This document shows, in pieces, positions 55,601 through 64,000 of a stretch of 64,000 bases of DNA. The position numbers and the translations under genes were made by a program. The stretch's first letter is position 1, and each line of letters opens with the position of its first letter. This stretch comes from Candidatus Aenigmatarchaeota archaeon (lineage in GTDB: Archaea; Aenigmatarchaeota; Aenigmatarchaeia; CG10238-14; SCSR01), in contig JAVZHQ010000001.1 in the NCBI GenBank assembly GCA_038998335.1, positions 480,001-544,000 of the forward strand, written 5' to 3'. The notes beneath the pieces are model-generated. The model was given only the letters and a program-made list of their open reading frames with translations. It did no database searches and had not been told where the DNA came from.

Positions 55601-57585
55601 ACTTTATAGCAGTAAAAGGACCAGAAGTTTTAACGATGTGGGTTGGTGAAAGTTTACCTTACGATGAAAAAATACTCATTATAAACGATGGTAAAGTTAA
55701 AAGAATCGACATAAGCAAATATCCAGAAGATAAAAAAGTTTTTGTACCTACGATTGACGATAATTTTAAGGCAAAGAATTCAAAATCTATCAGATTAATT
55801 AAGCATCCTGCCCCGCCTTTTGTTTACAAAATAAAAACTGAAACTGGTAGGGAGATAAGAGTTACTGGAGGACATAGCTTGTTTATTAAAGAAAAAAATA
55901 GCTTCAAGGAAATTTTTGCAGAACAGGTTGAACCTGGAAAAACAAGAATTGCTGTACCAGCCAAGATTGTTGCTCCAGAAAGTGAGAAAGAAATAAACCT
56001 TATCGAGTATCTCAAAAACAAAGGTCATTATATTTTCGTAAAAAACTCTCAGAGGTACTTGAAAGAAGCAGTTAAAAAAATTGGAACAAAAAAAGTTGCA
56101 GAAATACTAGCGATTGAACCAAAAAATATTTACTCTTACTTGAAAAAATCTAACGTTAAATTAGACAAGTTCTTAAAGGTAATGGAAAAGGTTGGAATTG
56201 ATTATAACCCAAGAAAGCTAGAGCTAATTAGTAGAAAGGCTAAGCTACCAGCTGTTATAAAGTTAAACGAAGACTTAGGCTTACTGCTTGGTCTATGGAC
56301 AGCTGAAGGAAGTTATTTTAATCATGGTGTGAGAATTAGCACTAATGAAAAAGAATTAGAAAAAGTGAAAGAAGTCTGTGAAAAATTTGGACCAGTTTGT
56401 GTCTATAAGAAAGGCAAAGGAAGAGATGTCTACATCGATTCTACTCTTCTAAAAATTTTCTTTAAAGATGTTCTTGGCTTGAAGGATGGCGCAAGAAATA
56501 AGCACGTCCCAGAAATTATCTTCTCTTCTCCTCTTCCAACAATAGCAAGTTTCTTAAGAGGATATTTCAGTGGTGATGGGTATTTCAGTAACAAATTTAT
56601 TGAAGCTACTACAGTAAGTAAAGAGTTAGCTAACGACATCTTAACATTATTATTGTACTTTGGAATAGTAGCAAGAGTAAAAGAAAAGAAGGAGAGAAAC
56701 GGAAGCATAAGCTATAGGATTAGATTTGTATGGCAAAAATGGTTAAAAGAGTTTTTAGATAAAATAGGCTTCCTAAGTGAAGAAAAAAACAACAAGCTAA
56801 AAAGATATTTAGAAAAATTGTGGCAAAAAACTAAGGAAAGAACTCCTGAAAAATTTATGGATAATGATGTTTATTGGGATCTGGTAGTTGAAAAGAAAAT
56901 CGAACCTTACAATTATCCTTATGTTTTTGACATAAGCGTAAACCCAACAGAACGCTTTGTAGCAGGTTTTGGCTGTGTTCTTGTTCATAATTCTGAGAGA
57001 AAAATAAGGGAAATCTTCAGAAGAGCAAGGCAAGTTGCTCCAGCTATAATTTTCTTCGATGAAATAGATGCTTTAGCCCCAAGAAGAGGATTTTACAGAG
57101 GAAGCGCAGTAACAGAAACAGTAGTATCTCAACTTTTAACAGAAATTTCTGGAATAGAAGAAACTAAAGGCGTAGTATTAATAGCAGCAACTAACAGGCC
57201 AGACATAGTTGACCCTGCCTTGCTTAGGCCTGGGAGAATTGATAGGTTTGTTTTGGTTCCTGCTCCTGACGAAAAGTCGAGACTAGAAATTCTAAAAGTC
57301 CATACAAGAAACATGCCTTTGAAAAACGTTGATTTAAAAGAATGGGCAAAGAAAACAGAAGGATTTTCAGGAGCAGACTTAGAGGCTTTATGCAGAGAGG
57401 CTGCTATGAACGCTTTGAGAGAAAATATAAAGGCTAAGGAAGTGACTAACAAGCATTTTGAGCAAGCTTTTAGCAAGATTACTCCGAGCATTACAAAAGA
57501 TGTTATTGCTCACTATCAAAAATTTGTTGAAAGGTCGAAAAAGATAAGAGAAGAAGAGAAAGAACCTCTTGGTTACATAGGTTAA
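52660..57585 (+). CDS. cdc48: CDC48/VCP-family AAA+ ATPase containing two inteins (spliced product about 761 aa)
   Basis: N domain, two GPPGCGKT Walker A motifs, FIDEID and FFDEID Walker B motifs, SRH ([20 protein letters not shown]), C-terminal GYIG. Confidence 0.95.
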   Translation: MAEKSEKEVRLKVGELTAREEAGRGIVRLDSSAMQKLGVKEGDVVEIEGKRKSAAIAVRAYPADVGLNLIRMDGITRRNCGAGVGDFVKVRKAEVKEAKKVVLAPAEKGIMIHISPNLIKQNIYMRPLVKGDIIIPSPVVRKRRPSGGILEDFFGEEFFTDIFFTPFPGETKFIVVNTEPGGIVRVEDITELEILPEAPEKIEERAIPTVTYEDIGGIKDVIAKVREMIELPLRHPELFERLGIEPPKGVLLYGPPGCGKTLLAKAVANESGANFISISGPEIFSKWYGQTEENLRKIFEEAEKNAPSIIFIDEIDAIAPKREEVTGEVERRTVSQLLTLMDGLKTRGKVIVIAASVTGDTPILVKEKNRIKLVPIGKFVDRFYEKGEEGVEKFVEGIYVLGMEKMKPKRNFPWTFFKCSAFKPVRSVFRHKVKEIFEIEFNGGKIRATGNHSVFVRTKHGIEPKRVDELKVGECLVDLPYKVNRTSKAEIRSHIFPNNVKLVLPVYNFEPQIAFETAISGIFSVPEICKEFGVHPSTVQRWQKGIQQPRIMRYVGKIPVYVDVTPELMSLFGYYVAEGSSTKALDFCFGAHEKNLIEDVQKKMRKVFGVKPSSVKVTKNRCNITYNIKPLAEFFSRYCGKGAKNKEVPWFLFELPREHFLEFLKAYALGDGHFDKNGRIEITSVSKKLIVELNWLCRMHGIKSYISKFKVKAGRKIGEQTIKKETIAYRLGIGKTNNPFSNQKKKGFQKLARIKKITKKKYNGYVYDLCGCEEEAFFGGETPVLLHNTNRPNALDPALRRAGRFDREIEIPVPDRNGRLEIFKIHTRNMPLDKDVDLNWLADITYGYVGADIMALCKEAAMSALRRVLPEIKWKEEEELPKEVMEKLVVKKEDFENALKVVEPSAMREVLIEIPKVKWEDIGGLEEVKQQLREMVEWPLKNPEAFERMGITPPKGILLYGPPGCGKTLLAKAVANESGANFIAVKGPEVLTMWVGESLPYDEKILIINDGKVKRIDISKYPEDKKVFVPTIDDNFKAKNSKSIRLIKHPAPPFVYKIKTETGREIRVTGGHSLFIKEKNSFKEIFAEQVEPGKTRIAVPAKIVAPESEKEINLIEYLKNKGHYIFVKNSQRYLKEAVKKIGTKKVAEILAIEPKNIYSYLKKSNVKLDKFLKVMEKVGIDYNPRKLELISRKAKLPAVIKLNEDLGLLLGLWTAEGSYFNHGVRISTNEKELEKVKEVCEKFGPVCVYKKGKGRDVYIDSTLLKIFFKDVLGLKDGARNKHVPEIIFSSPLPTIASFLRGYFSGDGYFSNKFIEATTVSKELANDILTLLLYFGIVARVKEKKERNGSISYRIRFVWQKWLKEFLDKIGFLSEEKNNKLKRYLEKLWQKTKERTPEKFMDNDVYWDLVVEKKIEPYNYPYVFDISVNPTERFVAGFGCVLVHNSERKIREIFRRARQVAPAIIFFDEIDALAPRRGFYRGSAVTETVVSQLLTEISGIEETKGVVLIAATNRPDIVDPALLRPGRIDRFVLVPAPDEKSRLEILKVHTRNMPLKNVDLKEWAKKTEGFSGADLEALCREAAMNALRENIKAKEVTNKHFEQAFSKITPSITKDVIAHYQKFVERSKKIREEEKEPLGYIG
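53725..55023 (+). mobile_element. Intein 1 in CDC48 D1 (433 aa) with LAGLIDADG endonuclease
   Basis: Interrupts VIAA|TNRP. Starts SVTGDTP, block [18 protein letters not shown] helices FGYYVAEGS and LKAYALGDG, ends VYDL...LLHN followed by Thr. Confidence 0.93.
55651..56991 (+). mobile_element. Intein 2 in CDC48 D2 (447 aa) with LAGLIDADG endonuclease
   Basis: Interrupts WVGE|SERK. Starts SLPYDE, block [18 protein letters not shown] and LRGYFSGDG, ends VFDISV...LVHN followed by Ser. Confidence 0.93.
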
Positions 57586-57624
57586 TTTAAAATTTTTCAA
57601 AACCTAAATAATTAATGTGATATT

Positions 57625-58053
57625 ATGTTGATAAAAGACGTGATGAATAGAAATGTTATCGCAACAAAACCAGAAACTAGTGTAAGAGAAGCTGCAAAGA
57701 TAATGTCAAAGTATCACATAGGCAGCTTAATAGTTCTTGAAGAAGAAAAGATTGCTGGAATAATTACAGAAGGTGACATTTTAAAAAAAGTTATTGTTGA
57801 AGGAAAAGACTTGGACGAAACAAAAGTAAGAGATATAATGACTGAAAATGTCATAACGATTACTCCAGATAAAACAATAGACGATGCGGTAAAAATTATG
57901 ACAGAAAAAAGGATTAAAAAATTGCCAGTAGTTGATAACGATAAACTAATTGGAATAATAACAGCAAGCGATATAATGGTTGTTGAACCAAAGCTTATAG
58001 AAGCTATAGCTGGTTTAATTTCGCTAAAGATTCCAGGTTATCAGGGCGGTTAA
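57625..58053 (+). CDS. CBS-domain pair protein
   Basis: Two CBS repeats (IKDVM...GSL.V....AGIITEGD and VRDIM...LPVVD...GIITASD). Confidence 0.92.
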   Translation: MLIKDVMNRNVIATKPETSVREAAKIMSKYHIGSLIVLEEEKIAGIITEGDILKKVIVEGKDLDETKVRDIMTENVITITPDKTIDDAVKIMTEKRIKKLPVVDNDKLIGIITASDIMVVEPKLIEAIAGLISLKIPGYQGG

Positions 58054-58054
58054 A

Positions 58055-58222
58055 GTGAAAGCAAGATGCTTTTGCCCTAAGCATGGTAAACTCGAGTTTG
58101 AAGAAATAGTAATAAAAGACCATACTCCCTTATGCGCAAAATGTCATTCTGTTTTGGAGTATTGTACAGTAAAGCCAAGGTTTGATGTTAATGGCGGCGA
58201 AAGGAAAAAAAGTAAGAAATAA
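58055..58222 (+). CDS. Small zinc-ribbon protein, 55 aa (not in ORF track)
   Basis: GTG start 1 nt after the CBS stop. Translation MKARCFCPKHGKLEFEEIVIKDHTPLCAKCHSVLEYCTVKPRFDVNGGERKKSKK (CPKH...CAKC). Confidence 0.7.
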   Translation: MKARCFCPKHGKLEFEEIVIKDHTPLCAKCHSVLEYCTVKPRFDVNGGERKKSKK

Positions 58223-58224
58223 GT

Positions 58225-59955
58225 CTAACTTATTACTTCAAAAATATTTTTATAACCTCTTGACTTAAGATATTTTTTCATTCCTTCTTTTATTTCTTCA
58301 AAAACCTTTATGCCTTTATAACCAATAGCACTTCCTATTTGACAAGCAGAAGCTCCACTAGTGAACCTTTTTAAAGCATCTTTCCAATCAAAAATTCCTC
58401 CTGCCGAAATTATAGGCAACTCTATTTCTCTATGCAAGTCTTTCAAAATTTTCTCACTCAATTTTTTTATTCCTTTTCCAGAAATTCCACCAAAGCCAGA
58501 AGAGCTTCCTAACATTTTAACATTAAGCTTTTTGTTTATAGGTTTATACCTTAAAGTGTTTATAGCAACTATACCGTTTGCCCAACCTTCTTCTGCTGCC
58601 TTTGCAACATCAATATAATTTGAATTTGGGGAAACTTTCACTAGAACCGGAACTCCAAAAGGATGTGAAACCTTTGCAATCCTTTTAGTAACTTCTTTAA
58701 CTAAATCAGGATTTTCTTCTATACTTGCAACTTCTGTATGAGGACAAGAAATGTTAACTTCAATAGCATTAACTCCAAAACCTAAACCAATTTCAGCAAC
58801 TTTCTCGTACTCTTCCGGGCTTTTTCCAAAGATACTCAAAATTATCGGAACGTTTGCCTTCTTCATATCTTCTATTTCAGGTTTCATGTTTTCTATTCCT
58901 GGGTTTGGAAGACCCATAGCATTTATTGGCGTGAATTTTTTCAGTTCAAAAAAATTTGGTCCATCAAAACCTTCCCTTTCTTCTAAACAAACAGATTTTG
59001 TAACAATTGCTCCAGCTCCTCCCTCCTTTACGTATCTGTACAAAAGTTTACCAGAAACCCCAAAACCAGAAGAATTCATGAAAGGATTGGGAAATTTTAT
59101 ACCAAACAATTCCATTTCAAAAAACTCATCGTACTCAGGGAAAAATTCTTCAAGAGGAATTTCTTTTTCATCTTTTATTTTAATTCTTTTTCCACTTTTA
59201 GCTCTTATCCATTTTCCAAACTCAGTTTCCAAAATTTTTTCAGAATCAAAAACTGGTCCTTCTTTACATATCCTGTATCCTCCCAAGTCACAAGAACCAC
59301 AAAAACCTTGAGCACATTTTATAACTCTTTCAGTTAAAACTTGAGTTTTAATTCCATACTTTTTTGTAATATCGCAAACTTTTCTCATCATCAACTCTGG
59401 ACCACAGGTTAAAACTAAATCAAATTTCTCTTTTTTTATTTCTTGAGAAAAAAGATCTGTTACCAAACCTTTGTAACCCTCGCTTCCGTTTTCTGTGGCA
59501 ACCTTAACCCTTGCAAAATTTTCTATTTCATCTCTGTAAAGCAATTCTTCTTTTGTTTTTGCTCCAAGAAAAACTGTTAAATCCTTTTTTCTGTTTTTTT
59601 CTGTATAAAATCTTATTGGAGCTGAGCCGTAACCTCCTGCTACTGCGCAAACTTTTTCTCCTTCAAAACTAAACCAATTTCCATAAGGTCCTCTTATTCC
59701 TATGTAATCACCAGCTTTCTTTTCATGTAAAGCTTCCGTTCCCCTTCCAACTTTTGCAACCGCAATTTCTATTGTTTCGTCATACACAGAAGCTATGCTT
59801 ATAGGAAATTCGTCACAACGTGGAACCCAAACCATTAAAAATTGACCAGGCTTTGATTCTTCTGAAATTTTTTTAGAGTTAAACTGAAAACTTTTTACTG
59901 ATGGAGTTTCTTGTTTTACTCTCTTAATCTTGTAGAGTTTTGGTTTATACATCAA
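58225..59955 (-). CDS. pyrK-pyrD: Fused dihydroorotate dehydrogenase electron-transfer subunit (PyrK) and catalytic subunit (PyrD, family 1B)
   Basis: N-half: PGQFLMVW, IRGPYGN, GGYG.AP, CGPE.MM, KCAQGFCGSC....IC.EGPVF. C-half: NPFMNSSG, VTKS, NAMGLPNPG, EVNISCPH, INT, GGISG, GGI, QIGSA. Confidence 0.92.
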   Translation of the reverse strand: MMYKPKLYKIKRVKQETPSVKSFQFNSKKISEESKPGQFLMVWVPRCDEFPISIASVYDETIEIAVAKVGRGTEALHEKKAGDYIGIRGPYGNWFSFEGEKVCAVAGGYGSAPIRFYTEKNRKKDLTVFLGAKTKEELLYRDEIENFARVKVATENGSEGYKGLVTDLFSQEIKKEKFDLVLTCGPELMMRKVCDITKKYGIKTQVLTERVIKCAQGFCGSCDLGGYRICKEGPVFDSEKILETEFGKWIRAKSGKRIKIKDEKEIPLEEFFPEYDEFFEMELFGIKFPNPFMNSSGFGVSGKLLYRYVKEGGAGAIVTKSVCLEEREGFDGPNFFELKKFTPINAMGLPNPGIENMKPEIEDMKKANVPIILSIFGKSPEEYEKVAEIGLGFGVNAIEVNISCPHTEVASIEENPDLVKEVTKRIAKVSHPFGVPVLVKVSPNSNYIDVAKAAEEGWANGIVAINTLRYKPINKKLNVKMLGSSSGFGGISGKGIKKLSEKILKDLHREIELPIISAGGIFDWKDALKRFTSGASACQIGSAIGYKGIKVFEEIKEGMKKYLKSRGYKNIFEVIS

Positions 59956-59979
59956 AACTATTAAGGAGGGAAAAAGATT

Positions 59980-61167
59980 TTAGCTTATTCTTCTTTTAAG
60001 AACAAGAAAAATCAATAAAGCAAAAATTTGTGTTACGAGAATAAAAATTGTTAGGTAGAAAATTGAAAATTCGTAAAAGATTCCAATTAAGGCTGAGCCA
60101 ATAAGGGAGGCAAAACCATAGAATGCGGTAAAAATCCCGTAAGCTGAACCTCTTTTTGAAATTGGTGTTATGTCAGCGATAGCAGCTCTCATTATCGTTT
60201 CGTGCGAACCAATCACTATACCAAAAATTACAACTCCTAAAATTATTAAAGCAAAACTGTAAGCAAAAACTAAGAACGGAATCGTTAAAGTTAACAAAGG
60301 AAGCAAGATTAGAAGAAGCAACCCTAATTTTTTACCTTTTTTCTCAAGCTTATCGTAAGCTTTTCCTATTAGCAAAGCAGTTATCGCATCAACTATCATG
60401 GCTAAGGAATAAATCAAAGGAATTTGAGCTTCAGGAATTATTTTATTAAACTTGAAATGATAGCCTAGAATTACAAAGTTTATAAAGCCGAGTGTTGTTG
60501 CAAAGACAAATAAAACATAAAGCCAAAAAATTCTTGTTAATTTTTTACTTTCCTTTTTTCTTTCTTTTTCAATTTTAGCATGTCTGAAGAAAAGATAAGC
60601 AAACAAAAGAAAAATCATTAAAACAAAAAAAGGAATTAAAAGAAGAGAAAAAGCCTGTTTATATTCTGCTAAGCTTACTGTTTTAAAATTCAAGAAAAAA
60701 ATTGAAATCAACAAAGGACCTAATAAAGCACCAATTTGATCCAAAAATTCATGAATTCCAAAACCAAAGCCTGTGCCAACTTTTTTTGCAGAATAAGAAA
60801 TTATAGTATCTCTTGCAGGATTTCTGATTGCTTTACCAATTCTTTCTAGAATTATGAAAAATATAGCAACTTGCCAGTTTCCTGCAAGAGCAAGCAAAGG
60901 AATAGAAACAAGCAAAGCATAACCAAGAAAAGTTAACAGCCAGTAAGATTTTGTTTTGTCTGAAATGTAACCAGAAACTGCTCTCAAAGCATAGCCAAGA
61001 AATTCTCCCAAACCAGTGAAAAAACCAATTATTGCTGCACTTGCCCCAAGAATTTGCAAGTATTGACCGGTAATTCCTCTTGCCCCTTCATAAATTACAT
61101 CTCCAAGCAAGCTAACTAAACCAAAAATTGTTATCAAGACTAACGCTTGCTTTACCAATTTCTTCAT
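59980..61167 (-). CDS. MFS transporter
   Basis: VSLLGDVIYEGARG, GYISDK, ERIGKAIRNPARD, about 12 TM segments. Confidence 0.9.
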   Translation of the reverse strand: MKKLVKQALVLITIFGLVSLLGDVIYEGARGITGQYLQILGASAAIIGFFTGLGEFLGYALRAVSGYISDKTKSYWLLTFLGYALLVSIPLLALAGNWQVAIFFIILERIGKAIRNPARDTIISYSAKKVGTGFGFGIHEFLDQIGALLGPLLISIFFLNFKTVSLAEYKQAFSLLLIPFFVLMIFLLFAYLFFRHAKIEKERKKESKKLTRIFWLYVLFVFATTLGFINFVILGYHFKFNKIIPEAQIPLIYSLAMIVDAITALLIGKAYDKLEKKGKKLGLLLLILLPLLTLTIPFLVFAYSFALIILGVVIFGIVIGSHETIMRAAIADITPISKRGSAYGIFTAFYGFASLIGSALIGIFYEFSIFYLTIFILVTQIFALLIFLVLKRRIS

Positions 61168-61205
61168 ACAAACACAAGAAATTTTTATTTTTCAAACCTT
61201 AAAAA

Positions 61206-61898
61206 CTATTCTAAGCTTAGGTCATAAAGAAAGTTGTAAATGTCAACATGAGCTCTATATTCTTTCATCAAACTTTCTATAACTTTTTTATTGGGCTTCA
61301 ATTTTTCTATAGCAATTGGTAAGATATTTCTTGCTCTACTCATGCAATATACTGGTACTCCCAAGTAGTTTGTGATGTATTTTTCAGGAAAAGCTCCTCC
61401 CCATCTTCTATCTTCTCTGTAGCAAACTACTATTATTGAATTAACTTTTGCTCCACCTTCGTACAAATGCAGAGCAGTTGTTATAACAGAATCGCCAGTT
61501 GTGGCTGTATCTTCAAGCAAATTGAAAGTTTTGCCTTTAACATCTATGGGTGAAAGACTGTAGGGAAACTTTCCAGAAACACCGTGAGATTTGAGTTGGG
61601 AACGTAGAAAAATAAAATCTTTAAAGTCAAGCTTTTTATTTACTTCTATGGCTGGAAGAGTTGCAGATTCAGGAACTCCAACTAATGGATATTTGTCAAG
61701 ATTTCTTGAAACCACAAAATCCTTAACAAAACTAGCAAATTTATCAAGTTTTTCAAAATTTTCTTGAAGCTCTCTTAAGTTGACATACCATGAACTTTCT
61801 TGTCCAGAGGAAAGTTTTATGGGTTCTTCAAAAAAACCGATACATTTATTTTCCACTAAGAATTCTATAAAATTTTTTTCGTCAAATTTTGCTTCCAT
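61206..61898 (-). CDS. pyrE: Orotate phosphoribosyltransferase (divergent)
   Basis: KLSSGQESSWYVNLR, R...KSHG, PRPP-binding LLEDTATTGDS. Overlaps pyrF. Confidence 0.82.
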   Translation of the reverse strand: MEAKFDEKNFIEFLVENKCIGFFEEPIKLSSGQESSWYVNLRELQENFEKLDKFASFVKDFVVSRNLDKYPLVGVPESATLPAIEVNKKLDFKDFIFLRSQLKSHGVSGKFPYSLSPIDVKGKTFNLLEDTATTGDSVITTALHLYEGGAKVNSIIVVCYREDRRWGGAFPEKYITNYLGVPVYCMSRARNILPIAIEKLKPNKKVIESLMKEYRAHVDIYNFLYDLSLE

Positions 61899-62730
61899 CT
61901 CTTATAGCCTCCTTCAAAATTTTATCCCATTCTTCTGCCTTCTTTTTTATTACCTTGAAAGGGTCTTCCTCCGGATATTTTCTCCATTCCCCAGCAATGT
62001 CTCTTCCAACATTCCCAATTACTCCAGGAAAACTTATTCCTTCTTTTTTAAGATATTTTAAAACTCTAACAGGAACTCCTTGAGCACCTAGACCAGGAGC
62101 AAGTATCACTTGAGTATCGCAAACACCTCTTATTTCGCATGCTAATTCTTCATCTCTTGGACCTGCTACTATTCCAATCGGGGAATAATCCTGTTTAGGA
62201 AGCTTTTGGCTCCATTCGTTCGCAACTTTTAAAGCCAAAAATCTCCACATAGGAATTTCATTTATATTCAAGCTCCAAAACATTTCTGAATTAGGACTTG
62301 TCGTATAAACAAGAACAAAAATTCCTTTTTCATCCAAGTAAGGAGTGAAGGAATCTATTACATCATTTAACCATGGTAATGCGTTTACTGTGCAGGCATC
62401 TGCATCTATTTCTTTCAAATATCTCCTTGCATATTCTGCTGCAGTAAACCCAACATCATTTGCTTTCGAATCGACGATAAACAATCTTCCTTTATCCTTA
62501 GCATATTTGCATATTTCCTTTAGGGAATCTAAATCCTTCCCACTACCCACATAACCTGATAAGTTTGCTTTAAAAGCAAGAGCTACATTATAAGTTGAGT
62601 TGATCATCTCTCTAGCCCACTCTCTTAGGTCATAACTTGGGGGAATAACTTCCGGTAACGGATCCAAACCAACGCAGAGAATACTTTTTGCCTCTTTATA
62701 TGCAGCTTTTACTCTATCTTCAAAAAGCAT
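61882..62730 (-). CDS. pyrF: Orotidine-5'-phosphate decarboxylase
   Basis: LCVGLDP, AFK.N, DSKANDVG.T (DxKxxD), DACTVN, LAPGLGAQG. Probable start ATG 62730. Confidence 0.88.
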   Translation of the reverse strand: MLFEDRVKAAYKEAKSILCVGLDPLPEVIPPSYDLREWAREMINSTYNVALAFKANLSGYVGSGKDLDSLKEICKYAKDKGRLFIVDSKANDVGFTAAEYARRYLKEIDADACTVNALPWLNDVIDSFTPYLDEKGIFVLVYTTSPNSEMFWSLNINEIPMWRFLALKVANEWSQKLPKQDYSPIGIVAGPRDEELACEIRGVCDTQVILAPGLGAQGVPVRVLKYLKKEGISFPGVIGNVGRDIAGEWRKYPEEDPFKVIKKKAEEWDKILKEAIRDGSKI

Positions 62731-62771
62731 ATTAACTAAATAAAGGATTAAAAATAAATAATTTGCCAAAT

Positions 62772-63572
62772 TCAAGGATAAGAATAAATTAAGACCAACC
62801 TTCCTTCTCCATCTTTCAGATAAAGTGTATCTTCATCGTTATTCCAAACTGGGTATTTGCTGTTTAGAAAAATTTCATTTTTAGTGTTATTTCCAAAACC
62901 AGAAAGAATTTTTACTTCTGAGTTAGGTTGAAGTAAAAACTCAGAAAGATAAAAAGAGCTAAAGCTTCTATCCCTAACATTCCATTTAGTGATGTTTATA
63001 GAAAAGTTACAGACATTTTTCAAAACAAAGTATTCGTCATTTAAATTCTTGCTGTCATCACCTTTAGCATCGTAATGAAACTCTTTTACTTTAATACAGT
63101 CGCTAAACTTGGAAAATTTTCCCCAGATTCCAAGCTTGTTCTTTCTTGCGTATTCCTCTGCTTCTAAAAGTTGAGAAGAATATTTTTGGTTTGAAGAAAC
63201 TATGTAAACGCTTGCAAAACCTTGCCTAACCATTTCCAAATTAACAAAAGTATCGCCAACAAAAACATACCTCAAAAGCCTTCCGCTTGAATCTGAATTT
63301 GTAGTATCAGCCTCAAGAAAAACGTTTTTATTTTCTACCATTTCCCTTAACTTTTCCTTTGCTTCTTGGTAAAAGTACTTGTTCTTTTCTGGAGCATCCA
63401 CTCCTAAAAGTCTAACCTTTTTTCCATTAGCTAGTTCAAAAGTATCGCCATCTATAACCCTTGCAACAGTAACAAGAGTTTTGTTCGAAGAATTCTTAGA
63501 AAAAAGAAAGTAAGAGAAAGCTAAAATTAACAGTAAGACAATCAAAATTGGTAGAATTACCTTAAGCTTCAT
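62772..63572 (-). CDS. Membrane-anchored thermonuclease (SNase) with lamin-tail domain
   Basis: VIDGDT, VRLLGVDAPE, GRLLRYV, A...KLGIW, then D..NLNDEY..L.N...VWNND.DT.YL.D. Confidence 0.9.
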   Translation of the reverse strand: MKLKVILPILIVLLLILAFSYFLFSKNSSNKTLVTVARVIDGDTFELANGKKVRLLGVDAPEKNKYFYQEAKEKLREMVENKNVFLEADTTNSDSSGRLLRYVFVGDTFVNLEMVRQGFASVYIVSSNQKYSSQLLEAEEYARKNKLGIWGKFSKFSDCIKVKEFHYDAKGDDSKNLNDEYFVLKNVCNFSINITKWNVRDRSFSSFYLSEFLLQPNSEVKILSGFGNNTKNEIFLNSKYPVWNNDEDTLYLKDGEGRLVLIYSYP

Positions 63573-63658
63573 GTTTTTCTGTTTAAACTTTTACCAATTA
63601 ACTTAATCTCACTACCAAAGGTGGTAATTTTAAGATTTTGTCTAACGAAATTTAAAAA

Positions 63659-64000
63659 GTGAGGCTTTTCGAGATAAACTCAAACTCTGGAATTCCTTTG
63701 GTTGGAGCAATTTGTTTTGGTATAATAGATAGAGGCACAAATCTTTTACAGATTAGACCGAGTACACTTTGCAGTTTAAGCTGCGTCTTTTGCTCAACAG
63801 ACTTAGGACCAAACTCAAGAACAAGGGTTACTGAATATATTGTTGAGCTTGATTATTTGCTTGAGTGGGTAAAAGAAGTTGCAAAATTTAAAGGAAAAAA
63901 ACTTCAGGCTCACGTGGATTTTGGCGAGCCAACTTTATACCCTAAGTTAATAGAGCTCGTTCAAGGATTAAAAGAGATAGAAGGAATAGAAATCGTTTCC
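63659..64000 (+). CDS. Archaeal radical SAM protein (3'-truncated by window edge, not in ORF track)
   Basis: GTG start. Translation begins MRLFEINSNSGIPLVGAICFGIIDRGTNLLQIRPSTLCSLSCVFCSTD...GEPTLYP, with CxxxCxxC. Confidence 0.85.
   Translation, partial: MRLFEINSNSGIPLVGAICFGIIDRGTNLLQIRPSTLCSLSCVFCSTDLGPNSRTRVTEYIVELDYLLEWVKEVAKFKGKKLQAHVDFGEPTLYPKLIELVQGLKEIEGIEIVS

Noticed and set aside
1154-62554. Numerous 60-190 aa ORF-track entries antisense to or nested in assigned genes (e.g. 1154-1339, 23879-24358, 44901-45308, 58751-59311)
   Set aside because: F/S/L/I-rich shadow translations of the complementary strand with no independent signals.
63613-63626. TACCA-AAGG-TGGTA inverted repeat between the nuclease and radical SAM genes
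   Set aside because: Only a 5-bp stem, which could easily arise by chance.
1-64000. CRISPR array or cas operon (prompted by Cas2-like hints at 16180 and 52317)
   Set aside because: No regularly spaced repeat-spacer array and no cas1, cas3 or effector genes seen.

Overview
AT-rich, gene-dense archaeal chromosome segment. Gene content (Hef helicase and ERCC4 as separate genes, Lhr with a metallophosphoesterase, CDC48, AlaX, TRAM, archaeosortase, large Cys-rich surface proteins) suggests a DPANN-type archaeon, possibly Aenigmarchaeota-like; this is inference. Contents: a 5'-truncated Type IIG/Eco57I-like R-M methylase, DNA repair and topology genes (lhr, hef, ERCC4, topA, UDG), a CDC48 with two LAGLIDADG inteins, a free-standing HTH-LAGLIDADG-HTH gene between the two Hef halves, late pyrimidine biosynthesis genes (pyrK-pyrD fusion, pyrE, pyrF) plus prs, transporters (MgtA, TrkH, two MFS), and a surface-protein cluster including a 2313-aa repeat protein. 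The strongest unexpected signal is a tRNA-Ser(CGA) whose 53-nt BHB intron contains a complete C/D'/C'/D box guide-RNA architecture. Other leads are a candidate ITG-NP-TM-basic sorting signal near an archaeosortase, a small Sm/Hfq-like gene coupled inside the lhr-MPE operon, PIP-box-like tails on non-replisome enzymes, and several small ORFs and non-ATG starts missed by the ORF track. No CRISPR array, rRNA, integrase, transposase or reverse transcriptase was seen. All product calls come from motif recognition by eye, not database searches.
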